This document shows, piece after piece, positions 1 through 11,232 of a stretch of DNA of 64,000 nt. The stretch is taken from the NCBI GenBank assembly GCA_052327205.1, contig JBMRGM010000035.1, forward strand, positions 138,570,001-138,634,000, written 5' to 3'. Origin of the DNA: Somniosus microcephalus (Eukaryota). A model generated the notes under the pieces. It had not been told where the DNA came from and did not search any database. It saw nothing but the letters and a program-made list of their open reading frames with translations. The translations under genes were made by a program, and so were the position numbers. How positions within the stretch are numbered: the stretch's first letter is position 1; each line of letters starts with the position of its first letter.

Positions 1-136
1 GGATTCTTCGGGGAGGCCCTGGAGGGACGGTTTGCGCTTGCGAATGATGCAGAGACTGCGGAAGTTGAACCAGGGGCTGCTGCATGGACCCAAAGCCAGG
101 GATAGACAACTGCGAGCCCAGCATCGGGACCAACAT
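1..136 (-). CDS. PRRC2A: PRRC2A exon (cut by window edge)
   Basis: MLVPMLGSQLSIPGFGSMQQP (human MLLPMVDSQLPVVNFGSL); cag acceptor at 137-139. Confidence 0.88.
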   Translation of the reverse strand, partial: MLVPMLGSQLSIPGFGSMQQPLVQLPQSLHHSQAQTVPPGPPRRI

Positions 137-361
137 CTGTTAGAAAAAAGCAGTCCAAAATGAGCACAGGAATGGAGGCGGGAAACCGAGGCAAGAGTCT
201 CAAAGTAAACATTAAAAAAAATAAAAATAAAAAGGGCTGCTTCAAGATACATGATCACATCTCAAAGCCTTGAAAGAGTCTGGTTAGGTAGTCAACGCTA
301 GCATCTGTCTGATTTTCAGTTCCTTTTATTGTTTTCAAACCGGTAATAGCAAACCATTAAT

Positions 362-740
362 GGGGACAGTAGCATAGTGGTTATGTTACTGGATCAGTAA
401 TCCAGAGGCCTGGACTAATGATCCCATCAGCTACTATCAGTAATGGATTAACGCAAAAACCCATCTGGTTCGCTAATGTCCTTTAGGAAAGGAAATCTGC
501 CGTCCTTACCCGGTCTGGCCTATATGTGACTCCAGACCCACAGCAATGTGGTCGACTCTTAACTACTCTCTGAAATGGCCGAGCAAGCCACTCAGTTGTG
601 CCAAACTGCTACGACAAAATCACCACACAGACTGCAGGTTCAAGGTGGCGGCTCACCACCACCTTCTCAAGGGCAATTAGGGATGGGCAATAAATGCTGG
701 CCTTGCCAGCGACGCCCAAATCCCTCAAATGAATAAAAAA
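362..740 (+). mobile_element. tRNA-derived SINE with LINE-derived tail (second family)
   Basis: Head GGGGACAGTAGCATAGTGG; tail GGGATGGGCAATAAATGCTGGCCTTGCCAGC shared with fragments at 38790-39085 and 62782-63100. Confidence 0.75.
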
Positions 741-1774
741 AATCTGAACATATTCAACTTTACAATCAAATATGTGGACTATATTCACACTACACACGTC
801 TACAATTCACGCAAGCCCACTGTAATCTGGGCAGATGTCCTCAGTGCAATACGAAGGAGTGCCGCATTGTTGGGACAGCAGTCCTTTATAAAAAATAAAA
901 AAAAAGATTTGAACCAAGGCCCCTACCTGCCTGTCAGGTGGATCAGATCCCGTGGCATTGTTCAAAGAGGGGGCAGGGAGTTATCCGTAACAATAGACTT
1001 TCCTCAACCAACACCACTAAAGGAATGGGTTAACTGGTTATTCAACTCATTGCTGTTGCCTTCAGCTACCTAGCCCCTAAGCTTTGGAATTCCCTCCCCA
1101 AGCCCCTCCACCTCCCTCTCCTCCTTTAAAACACTCCTTAAAATCTACCTCTTTTGACCAATGTCCTAATATCTCTGTGTGGCTCGGGATCAAATTTTGT
1201 TTGATAACGCACTTGAGAAGTGCCTTGGGATGTTTTACTGCGTTAAAGGCGCTGTATAAATGCAAGTTATTGCGGGACAATCCTGGTGTAGAAGGGCTGC
1301 TGCATTTGCCTCAAGTCAGTGCACTTTACAAATAACTTATGGCGTCACATGCTTTAAGATAGTGGCATGATAAAGGCGCGGACGTAAAAAAACTACTAGG
1401 CACTTGGTCTAAGCGTTAAACAAAGCTTTAATCAACTGTTTTACAACATGGAGGTCTAGTTGTGTCCTTCACTAGTTCCTGTTAAGAATGTCCTGCACAA
1501 GCTGGGCCTGTGCCCGAGTATTTATACTTCCCTGGACAGCGCCACCCGTAGGCCGCTCAGTATTATTTCATAAGTCTTTCTTTCATGAATGACTGATTCA
1601 TGTCAGGTGTACTTCTCACCTCTACTTACTTCAGATCTCAAATCATTTTCTTGAGTCTTGAGGGATTTAAAATATGGCCAGTTTAATAGTTTGATTTTCA
1701 AGCAACATTTGAATAGTTTCTCCCTACCCCCCAACCAGCAAGTAGTATCAGCAAAACTCACTGTCGAGGATTAC

Positions 1775-1885
1775 CTGGTGGAGCGCGCCACTGGACATTG
1801 GTGCTGCTGCAAAGTAGTTGCTCTGAGTGGGCTGCTGCAGTGGAGAGGAATAGAAGTCCGATGGCTGGGCCAAGCCTTGCCTCAT
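1775..1885 (-). CDS. PRRC2A: PRRC2A exon
   Basis: MRQGLAQPSDFYSSPLQQPTQSNYF (human VRQDLPSPSDFYSTPLQ); cag/gtaatc. Confidence 0.9.
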
Positions 1886-2589
1886 CTGTCGGAAAGGTCA
1901 GCCACGTTAGCATTCAACATGAATTATCTGGGCACATCATAGCGATTCTTGTATAATGTGACACAACCCAGCAAGTGTAAACAGTCAAATCAAACGTGCA
2001 CTTCAGACGCGTATATAGGACAAAATGCTACCTGCTCCTGGTACAATCTCTTCTTCAAAGGCTGAGCTGCATGGATATAAAAGTAAGACTACTTTCCACG
2101 ATTGCTTGTGGTGGTGGTGGGGGGGGGGGGGGGAAAAGAGAGAAGAGAAAGAGAGGAGAAGGAAAGGGGCTGCACTGGCACACTGTTCCTCTTGGAATGA
2201 CACCATTCAAGCAACCCAATGGTTCAGTGGGTAAATGCATATCCTAGAGAGTGTACCAATCCATACAGGGGAGGAAAAGGTTCAGTCCACATTCTGTGCG
2301 AAGTTCGACGATCACAGTCAAGGCTGTGGTGTTGGGGCCTCATCATTGTGCTCATTAGGCTAGGGAGCAGTGAGAAAAAGCCAAGGTGGCCAGCGATCCT
2401 GTTCCTGCTTACCATCCTGCGATCCCTGCTGCAAAACAGCTGGCAAATCATTCACTGTCTCGTCTCGCCTCGCATATTAACAGAGCGCACTTGGGCGAGG
2501 TACTGAAGGGCCGCAGAACTTTTCTTTGGGGGGGCAGGGGAAAAGTGAGATTTTAGGAGTTAAGAATTGCAGGCCAATGTACAGTCATG

Positions 2590-2736
2590 TGTTCAATTTG
2601 AGATTTGAGTAATGACAACGTGGCACCAACACAAGTTTGGCAGTGAAATTAATTCAAAAGCCTTTAAATCGGGTTCATTGCACTGCCAAACTTGTATTGG
2701 TGACACATTGTCATTACTCAAACCTCAAATTGAACA
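2590..2736. repeat. Long inverted repeat (56-bp arms, 4 mismatches, 35-nt spacer)
   Basis: 2590-2645 versus 2681-2736, compared directly. Confidence 0.92.
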
Positions 2737-2915
2737 GATTTATATGACTCACTTTAAAAAGGGATCCGAGTGCGTAAATATATAAATTGTTTCCCCACCA
2801 CCCACTCACCTGATTGTCACTCTTCTGCCCCCCCGCTTACCTGAAGGCTGCTTGCTGGCGTCCCTCCTCTACCTCACCCAAGTGGTTACCAAGTGCAAGT
2901 TCAGATGGCGCTCAC

Positions 2916-3391
2916 CAATGTTCTCATTGAAACTTATAAATCTCATTGAAACTTATAAAATTCTAACAGGACTAGACAGACTAGATGCAGGAAGGCTGTT
3001 CCCGATGGCGGGGGAGTCCAGAACCAGGGGTAAGCCATTTAGGACTGAGATGAGGAGGAATTTCTTCACCCAGAGTGGTGAACCTGTGGAATTCTCTACC
3101 ACAGAAGACAGTTGAGGCCAATTCATTAAATATATTCAAGAAGGAGTTAGATATATTTCTTAAGGCTAAAGGGATATGGGGAGAAGGCAGGGACAGGGTA
3201 CTGAATTTGGATGATCAGCCATGATCGCATTGAATGGCGGAGCAGGCTCGAGGGGCCGAATGGCCTACTCCTGCTCGTATCTTCTATGTTCCCTTTAAGC
3301 TGCGCAGCCGGCTCACCGGCTTTAAATGCAATAAACCGCGCATGCCCGTTAAAGGGGCAATGCGGCCAAAAAAAATTTAGAGGAAACATTG
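2916..3391. mobile_element. hAT-type MITE (TIR CAATGTTC) carrying a CR1 insertion
   Basis: TSD GCGCTCAC/GTGCTCAC. Confidence 0.8.
2922..3290 (+). mobile_element. CR1 3' fragment inserted into a MITE
   Basis: LIETYKILTGLDRLDAGR, 3' UTR and tail. Confidence 0.9.
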
Positions 3392-3446
3392 GTGCTCACC
3401 CGACTTCCACTTGACAGCAAGAGTGTCACTGATCAGGAGTGGTAAC

Positions 3447-3556
3447 CAATGTTCTCTAAGCTGCGCGGCGCTCCAGGGATCCCACATAGCTGACATTTCA
3501 ATGCAAATGCCCCTTAAAAGGGCCGCGTGGTGCCAAAAAAATTACAGGGAACATTG
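3447..3556. mobile_element. hAT-type MITE
   Basis: TIR CAATGTTC..GAACATTG; perfect 8-bp TSD GTGGTAAC. Confidence 0.88.
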
Positions 3557-4575
3557 GTGGTAACTGTGGTCAATTTGCCCTCACTATCTCAACAGCATCA
3601 AGGTTAGTTACAGCACCTCTACCACCACCCTGGTGGAGATCAGTTAACTCAGCACAAGCCAGGCAGGAAATCTGGGACCTTCTTGACCTACATATGGCTC
3701 AGTTCTAGACTAGGTGGTGAACCAATCAACTGAGCAAAGTATTCAAAAAAAATTAAGGGCTTTGATTTTAAAATATATTGGTTGTTTAGACGGATGATGT
3801 TGGATGGGGTGAAGACTGGAAAGGAAGAGCTGCCCGAGGCAAATGGCTGACACAACCTCCTCCTCCCAGGCCTATTGTTAAAGACTGGCGCAGGACTCCC
3901 CACCACTCATTGAGCCCAGGGTTGCTGCAATCTGCATCAGCCCATGGGGAATTCTCTCCATGTCTTTTCTGCTGGTTCTTCTAGATCTGCAGCAACTACC
4001 AGGCTGAAATTCATAAGACAACTGCCCAGTCATTGTGTCTTTTATCCCCCCTCACTCCCATAAATAGACGCAAATTGTTACTTTCAGCCATTCTTCCGTG
4101 GTTGGCTTGTTTCCAAGACGATGAAGGAGCTGGGGAAAGTTGATCCAGTCAAATTATGGCAAGCGGGTTCAGATACGAGGGTAAAGTGTTTAGAAGTTAG
4201 GAGTAAGGAGGGAAGAGACCCGTGAAATTTGACAGTGACCAAGAAGTGCACAGAAGGAAGAGAGTCAAGTGGCAATTGGACATGCTTCTGAAGAGCAAAA
4301 AGACTGGGGAATATGGTGAGAAGGTGGGATTGGATCTGTGAAAAAGGGGAACATAAGAACTAGGAGTCGTCGGCCAACAGTCCCTTCGAGCCTGCTCCGC
4401 CATTCAATGAAATCATGGCTGATCTTCCACCTCAGCTCCACTTTCCCGCCCCATCCCCATATCCCCTTAAGGTCCAAAAGTCTACATCACAGCCTTGAAT
4501 ATACTCAACTTGGGAAGGACTTGCTCGGTCTATTTCCCCATTTCTAAATGTTCTTGAGATACTGACAGTGGGCAC

Positions 4576-4724
4576 CAATGTTCCCTGTAATTATTTTTGG
4601 GCCCGCGCAGCCCATTCAAAATTTCGCCAATGAGCCGTCTTTTCCCCCCAATTTAAAAGTTGGCTCGCCAGCTGCACGGGACTCCTAGAGCACTGCGAGG
4701 CTGTGGAGCTTAAAGGGAACATTG
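4576..4724. mobile_element. hAT-type MITE (opposite orientation)
   Basis: TIR CAATGTTCCCT; perfect TSD GTGGGCAC. Confidence 0.88.
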
Positions 4725-4763
4725 GTGGGCACCCCTCTAATATAGGCAGTGTAGGCCTCTTAC

Positions 4764-5010
4764 CTGTATCAGCTGAGAGTCGATGAGCTGGGAGTTGCCC
4801 AGCTGCGTGTTGTAGATAACCGACATGGGCGGGGTGCAAGCTGCCTGCTGGTAGGGCAATCCCGCCTGAGCCTTTGCTACCTCCCCAGCCTGCACTGCTG
4901 AAAAGCCAACGTACTGGCCTTTCACTGGACCCCCAGATATTAACGGAGAGCCTTGCACCATGGCTGCAGAGGGAGGGGAAAGTCCAGGCTGTAGATACAG
5001 CTGTTGGGAC
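4764..5010 (-). CDS. PRRC2A: PRRC2A exon
   Basis: RSQQLYLQPGLSPPSA...VKGQYVGFSAVQAGEVAK...LIDSQLIQ; cag/gtaaga. Confidence 0.92.
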
Positions 5011-5731
5011 CTGTCAAATACAACAGACAGATGCATACTTTGAGACATTCACTGGCACACACACAGACAGAAGGCTGTGGAAATGCAAATGCACTGAACC
5101 CACCGCAAATAATGAGAGCCGCAGCATTTGTACCCTGCATTTTATAAAATGGTCCAGCCCGCCTCATTCCCATGAATTACAGCAACTACAGACAACCGTT
5201 ACATTTTGCTGGGTTCCAAGTCTCAGGATAGTGATCTATGCTGGGTGGCTCAAGAATCTCAATTTTTTTTCAACCGCATCCGTGACCAGGCTGTGCCAAC
5301 TTGAAGACGCCTGCATGACTGCAGATGGCTCGTTTACAGGTCGGGTTCAGGAACCGTGGGATATCGGGGGGGGAGGAGAGAGAGAACAGCAAAGAAAGTC
5401 CCCACAGCCTCAATATTAAACTTCCTTAATATTAAACTGAGTAACTTGTTTATACTGAATGCAATGAAAGAGACTCTAAAAGGAGGGTCTGTACAATTGA
5501 ACACAGATAAAACTGTATTAAGGAATTACAATGCAAACAGTGAGCTCTGGCCGAGAGTTACAACCAAAGAGTTACCATGTCCGAGTGCATTTATACTTCT
5601 GTTCTATTTATCCCAGTGTGTCAAATCAGTGACACGTTTAAAGGGTTATTTAAAAAGGGGCAGACCTGTTGAACTTCGTGGTCTTCTGCTCTTATTCCGA
5701 GGCACAGACTGCAATGACTAGGAAAGCCTTA

Positions 5732-5899
<168 letters not shown>

Positions 5900-6484
5900 T
5901 CAACCTCTTTTCTGGTCCAGCTGCTTGAAAGTGGCTTTTTCTTTTTTTTAGAAAAAGGAAACATTTGAAGAGCATTAAATAATTTTTGACAAATTCTTCA
6001 TGAGTTGTTCAAAGAAACTGGGGTAACAATTCGCAATACTGGTTACGTCACCGCTTGTTAACACGGGGTAAACCAATTGTGATACCAAACTAGACCATGA
6101 AGGCTCCAGGTTTGATCATTGGTCTGCATGGAATTAGACGGGGAAGCAGTGGAGGTGCAACAATTGGCCTCGGTAGCGCTGGGCTAGTGAGAGGAAAATC
6201 AATGATCACCATCCGGTTACCACACCCCCTCCCCGCCGCTGGAAAGCTGATTAGCTTCAGTTGCAATGCCCTCCAGTGAAACTCATCAGATTCCCCAACA
6301 ATGGAGTTTATGGCTGGGGCAGACCCGGTTTAAAAGAAAAAGGATATTCTCAGACCCCCAGCCTCGACAATTCTGGTAAGCTTAACTTGTGTGCGCGCGT
6401 GCACACACGCACACAAAACCTGCACGATGGGAGCACGGAAGCTGTAGCTCAGTGGGTAGCACACTCGCCTCAGAAGGTCCTGGG

Positions 6485-6646
6485 CAATGGTCCCTTTAAG
6501 CTGCGCAGCCTAGCGCTCTGCGGCTCCCGCGCAGCCGGCTCACCGGCTTTTAAATAGGAAAAACAGGGCATGCGCGGTACTTTGAATGGGCCGCGCAGCC
6601 CCTTAAAGGGGCCACGCACCCAAAAAAAAAATTAAAGGGAACATCA
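6485..6646. mobile_element. hAT-type MITE inside a SINE head
   Basis: Degenerate TIRs; TSD GTCCTGGG/GTCGTGTG. Confidence 0.75.
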
Positions 6647-6983
6647 GTCGTGTGTTCACGTCCCACTCCAGTGAATTGAGCAAAATTCTAGGCCGACACT
6701 TCCAGTACTAAGGGAGTGCTGCACTGTCAGAGATGCTGTCTTTCGGATGAGGCGTTAAACTGCGTGTAAAAGATTGAAAAGCTTGGGAGTTCTCCCCCAG
6801 TGTCCTGGCCAATATTTAGACCTCAAACAACATCACTAAAAAAAGAGATTATCTGGTCATCATCACATTGTTGTTTGTGGGAGCTTGCTGTGCACAAATT
6901 GGCTGCCGCATTGCCTACATTACAACAGTGACTACACTTCAAAAGTACTTCATTGGCTGTAAAGCGCTTTGGGACGTCCCGAG

Positions 6984-7170
6984 TGTGGTGTATGTGCCTT
7001 TAAGAGCCCCAGGTGTGCTGTAATGCCGGTAATTGCCACTCGGGCTATATAAGCCTGTATATTGTGTATATCCGTTAGAACCCCCCCCCCCCCCCCAAAA
7101 GACTTTGCTTAGTAAATACCTATGAACCAACTCCTGTCTTCAGTGTCCTTATCAACACACGGACACTACA
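6984..7170 (+). mobile_element. Solo LTR (187 bp)
   Basis: TGTGGTGT...ACACTACA termini, 5-bp TSD CCGAG/CCAAG, TATATAA at 7046, AGTAAA at 7111; cleanly interrupts the SINE tail. Confidence 0.75.
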
Positions 7171-7389
7171 CCAAGGTCATGAAAGGCGCTGTATAAATGC
7201 AAGTTTTTTTCCCTTCTTTTCATTACAAAAGCACGTGTGGTTGCAAGGACGAAACCTATTGAAAGAGAAAGCTGAAATCTGTCCCAGAGTCCCTCTACAT
7301 ATCCGATGGCCTGTTAACAGCACCGGGACCACACTGGCAACTGCACACACCAAAACCCACAACACAATAGGGGATGACGAAGCTCTTAC

Positions 7390-7505
7390 CCGCGAGAGTC
7401 CAGACTGGAACGCCTGATGCTGGGAAATGGAGGGAGGCATTCCGCGAGGCTGGCTTCCATAGAAATGACTTTCCATGTAGCAAGGTGGAATCTGGCCACT
7501 TGGCG
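7390..7505 (-). CDS. PRRC2A: PRRC2A exon
   Basis: PSGQIPPCYMESHFYGSQPRGMPPSISQHQAFQSGLSR; cag/gtaaga. Confidence 0.88.
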
Positions 7506-8335
7506 CTGTAGGGGGTGGGAAAAATATTGATGATTTTTTAACTAATGAAATAGTTCAGTGTTCTCTAGATCAGAGAGAACACACAAGCTCTGTAAATTAA
7601 ATTCTGACATTGCAGGGAGCCGTGAAGAGCTGCGAAAGACCAAGAACAGTGTTAAACCCCTCAAGAAACCCTTGGGCTCAGCTCAATTACACAGAGTCTA
7701 CAGCGATGTAATTACTTCTTGTTTTGTGCAATTAAATTAGGATGACAGGTGCGGCGGAGTACTAAGAATATAGCAATTATATCCAATGGGGAGCCAACAA
7801 TACAATTGCCGTTCTCTATAAAGGGAAGCAGCTTTTTATAAAAAATTAGCCTACTTTAGAGGAACCAAGCTGTTCCTTTAGGATGATTTTCTACCAGCAG
7901 ATGGTGCTGCTGCACAGTACAAGCAAACAGTATAATCATTTAACTGTATAGCATCCGACCCCACCAAAACAAGAGAATGCTACTTTACTGTTGACAAATT
8001 AGATTTCTAAAAAAACTGAACAAAGAGAGACATCTTTAACAGTTTTTAATAGGTTGCTCCCTGATTGCTTAGTCAGTAAAGGCTTCGTCCAGTGAACAGC
8101 TGAGCCATCCAAACCAGGACAGTCCCAGGTTGCATCACTGGGCCGTGCTGAGTTCCTAGGCTCAGCTGGGGAGACAGCCGGTTTGGGGGAGGGTGCTACA
8201 ATTCAATTTGGGCTAGGAAGGTAGAAAATTGCTGGGATCCATGCTGGAAAATTGCCTGTGTGTGAACATTGGGGAGGACCAGGTCAGGCTGGGCTCTGAT
8301 GCCCTCGGTCACTAAAAACCCTACGGATACTCACT

Positions 8336-8765
8336 AGTCGTGGCTCAGTGGGTAGCATTCTCGCCTCGGAGTCAGAAGGCCGTGGGTTCAAGCCCCACGC
8401 CAGGGCGTTGAATGCATAATCCAGGCCGACACTCCCAGTGCAGTACTGCGGGAGTGCTGCACTGTCGGAGGTGTTGTCTTTCCTCGAGACACTAACCCGA
8501 AGTCCCGTCTGCCCTCTTGGGTGGGCGTAAAAGGCCCCATGGCACTATTTCGAAGAAGAGCAGGGGAGTTCTCCCTGGTCTCGTGAGCAGTACTTATCCC
8601 TCAACCAACATCGCAAACAGATTTTCTGGTCACTGCTGTATGTGGGACCTTGCTGTGTCATGTTTCCTACATCACAATAGCGACTATACTTCAAAACTAT
8701 TGGTTGCAAATTGCTTTGGGACGTCCTGAGGATGTGAAAGGTGCTATAGAAATGCAAGTCTTTCT
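8336..8765 (+). mobile_element. Deu-type SINE, near full length
   Basis: TGGCTCAGTGGGTAGC...GGTTCAAGCC head, core and tail as in the other copies. Confidence 0.85.
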
Positions 8766-9424
8766 ATTTATCAAGATTCACACGTGGGTGAGGTACTAAA
8801 GGGTTACCTGCACAGCATTGGCTCATTCAAGAGAAAAGAGGGGGGGGGGGGGGGGGGGGAACAATCAAAACACCCTGCCCCAAAACAAACAAAAGCAAAA
8901 GACCACAGAGGCTTAAAATCTGAAACAAAATTAAAAAACACTGAAGGGGCTCAGCATTTGTTGAGGTAACAAGTCAAGTCGACATTTCAGGCTTAGGACC
9001 CTCCTTCAGAACTAAAAAAAAAAATTAGATAACGAGCATTTAAAAATTAACAAAACAGAGAAGGGGGAAGTTAGAAAAAAAACAAACCAAGGACACATAC
9101 AGAAAAAGAAACAGAATGACCTGAAAAGTGTTTAGGTAGAGAACAGGAGATGGTTAAATGGTAGAAGTGACATGCGGAGACGACAATGGGCATAATCAGA
9201 CAAATCAAGGAAATAAAAACACCCAACATAATGCAGAGTGTGAGGACAACAAAAGGGGGATAGATAAGTGAATTAAGGAGCACAGGAAAAGAAAGCAGGA
9301 GCAGGAAGCAGAGAGAGGGAGAACAAGTGGGCAGGGAGCAGATAGGGAAGAGAGAGTGCGCACAGATAAGGGGCAGGGGAAGGGAACAGTATAGGCATTA
9401 CATCAAAGTATTGAAATACTGAAC

Positions 9425-9596
9425 CTGAGAGGGTGGCAGATGGTGCCACAGAGGCCACAGGTATTGCTGGCATGGAGGTGACAAAAGAATGGTAGCCGCC
9501 AGTAATCTCGGGCACGTCTGCATTGGTCACACTAGCAGCAACATCTTTTTCTGTGACACCCGGCGATTTCTCCCACGCTTTGCGAGCAGACTCCAT
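9425..9596 (-). CDS. PRRC2A: PRRC2A exon
   Basis: MESARKAWEKSP...SMPAIPVASVAPSATLS; cag/gttcag. Confidence 0.9.
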
Positions 9597-10249
9597 CTGA
9601 GGAGGAAAGAGAAAGATCAGCAAAATAGCCTCTTTGATACTAGCCATGTTAAAACTATACTGCAGCCACCACTGTTAAAGCAGGCCCAGCGCTATCACGA
9701 AGATTTCCTTAAAGGGAAAAGGCGGACGTGGAAAATTTAGGTGCACGCGAACTGTGAAGAACACCCAGTGGTGCAACTGTAGATTCTGTCTTCCAAACTT
9801 GTACCTGGAGACAGTAGTTTGACAAGAGGGCGAGGTGCTGGTGCTGCGGATAGTTTGTGGTGCTGAATTAAAACATCCACAAGCAAGTGCATCCCAGAGT
9901 GTACCGGGTTAAGTGAGATTTTTCCTTTACTGTATTGGTATCTGGTCAAGAATTCCTTTTTATGGGTACCATCCTTTGCGATGAGCTAGCTGCATGTCTT
10001 TTTCTCAAGGTGTGGGAGTAACTTGTAGGACAAGATCAGGGTCCATTATCAATCTTTCAACAATACAAGACTGTGGACAAAATGGGAAGCCTGCAAATGT
10101 GAGGCATTTAGGGTATAAGCCAGACACATTGCAACAAGAAATAAAAGGTAGCATAGCAAAAGCAGAGAAGTTAAAATTGAAGAATTAGAGGTACGTGACA
10201 AATCTAGGGCTAATATGGAAAACAAAGTGGAACAAAAGGCTAAGAGAGG

Positions 10250-10974
10250 GTATGAAGAATGACTCGCAGGTAACAAAGGAATGCTATGTATATAAAAAAA
10301 GTAAAATAATTAAAAAACCAAAGAGTAGGGCAATACGATGAAAATGGAAATCTTATGCAGGATGAAGGCACAGCGGAAATACCGAACGAGTACTTTATCT
10401 TGGTTTGCACGGAAGTGTGGCAGAGTACAAGAGGAGAAAGTGGAGCAATTAGAATAACTACAGATAAAGAAATAGCACTGGAAACAAATGGTGGAGTTCA
10501 CAGTGGAAGAGGCATTGAGCTCTTGACTTGCATCCTAGAATGCTGAAGGACAGCGGAGGCTCTGACCACACTGGGATGTTTACAATGAAACATCTCTGTT
10601 CAAGAAGGGAGAAAGGGATGAACCAGGTAACTATAGACCAGTCAGCCTAACATTAACAATGGGCAAGGTTCTCAGGGTCGTAACAGTTGGGGAGGATGGG
10701 TGAATACTCACTTAGAAAGATACGGGTTAATTAGGACAGCCTGCAAGAATCTGTAAAAAGCAACAGGAGGGGGTAAATATCAGGTCAGACTCACAGCCGG
10801 AACTCCAGCCCCACCACACTTCCGGCAGTGGAACAAGGCTCCGGGAATTTCAGATCCCTGATGTTCAAAACTATATGGGGTTTCAAAATAAAGTAAACTG
10901 GGGAAAACTACTTCCACCAGTCAGCATATTGGTAACTAGAGGGCAAAAATTCAAATCACAAGAGGGGAGGAAAA

Positions 10975-11005
<31 letters not shown>

Positions 11006-11232
11006 GAGGCTTTGTTAGCACATGGAATGCCCAACCAGAACAGCAGTGGAAGCAGAGTCTACAACTTGCTTACTTTTTATTTTATTTTTTTTTAAAAAGG
11101 GAAGTAGTAGATAACCATTTGAGAAGGAAACATTTAAAAAAGATTTGAGGAAAGGGCATGGGAATGTGACTTTCAATGAGCAGGAACAGGCACGATGGGC
11201 TGAATGGCCACCTCCCATGCTGTAAAATCCAT
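10250..11232 (+). mobile_element. Highly decayed CR1 fragments
   Basis: Remnants resembling NEYF..VF and PGNYRPVSLT coding segments, and a CR1 3' UTR at about 11190-11230. Confidence 0.6.

Larger units (their letters stand above)
6436..7207 (+). mobile_element. tRNA-derived Deu-type SINE (SacSINE1-like), interrupted by two insertions
   Basis: Box A TAGCTCAGTGGG, box B-like GTTCACGTCC, Deu-like core (GGATGAGGCGTTAAAC..GTGTCCTGGCCAA), L2-like tail. Confidence 0.8.

Noticed and set aside
2804-2845. Two strong minus-strand donors (CAG|gtaagc, CAG|gtgagt)
   Set aside because: They lie at a SINE end with no credible upstream acceptor.
7894-7907. CTCF-like motif CCAGCAGATGGTGC
   Set aside because: A single imperfect motif is expected by chance in 64 kb and there is no other evidence.
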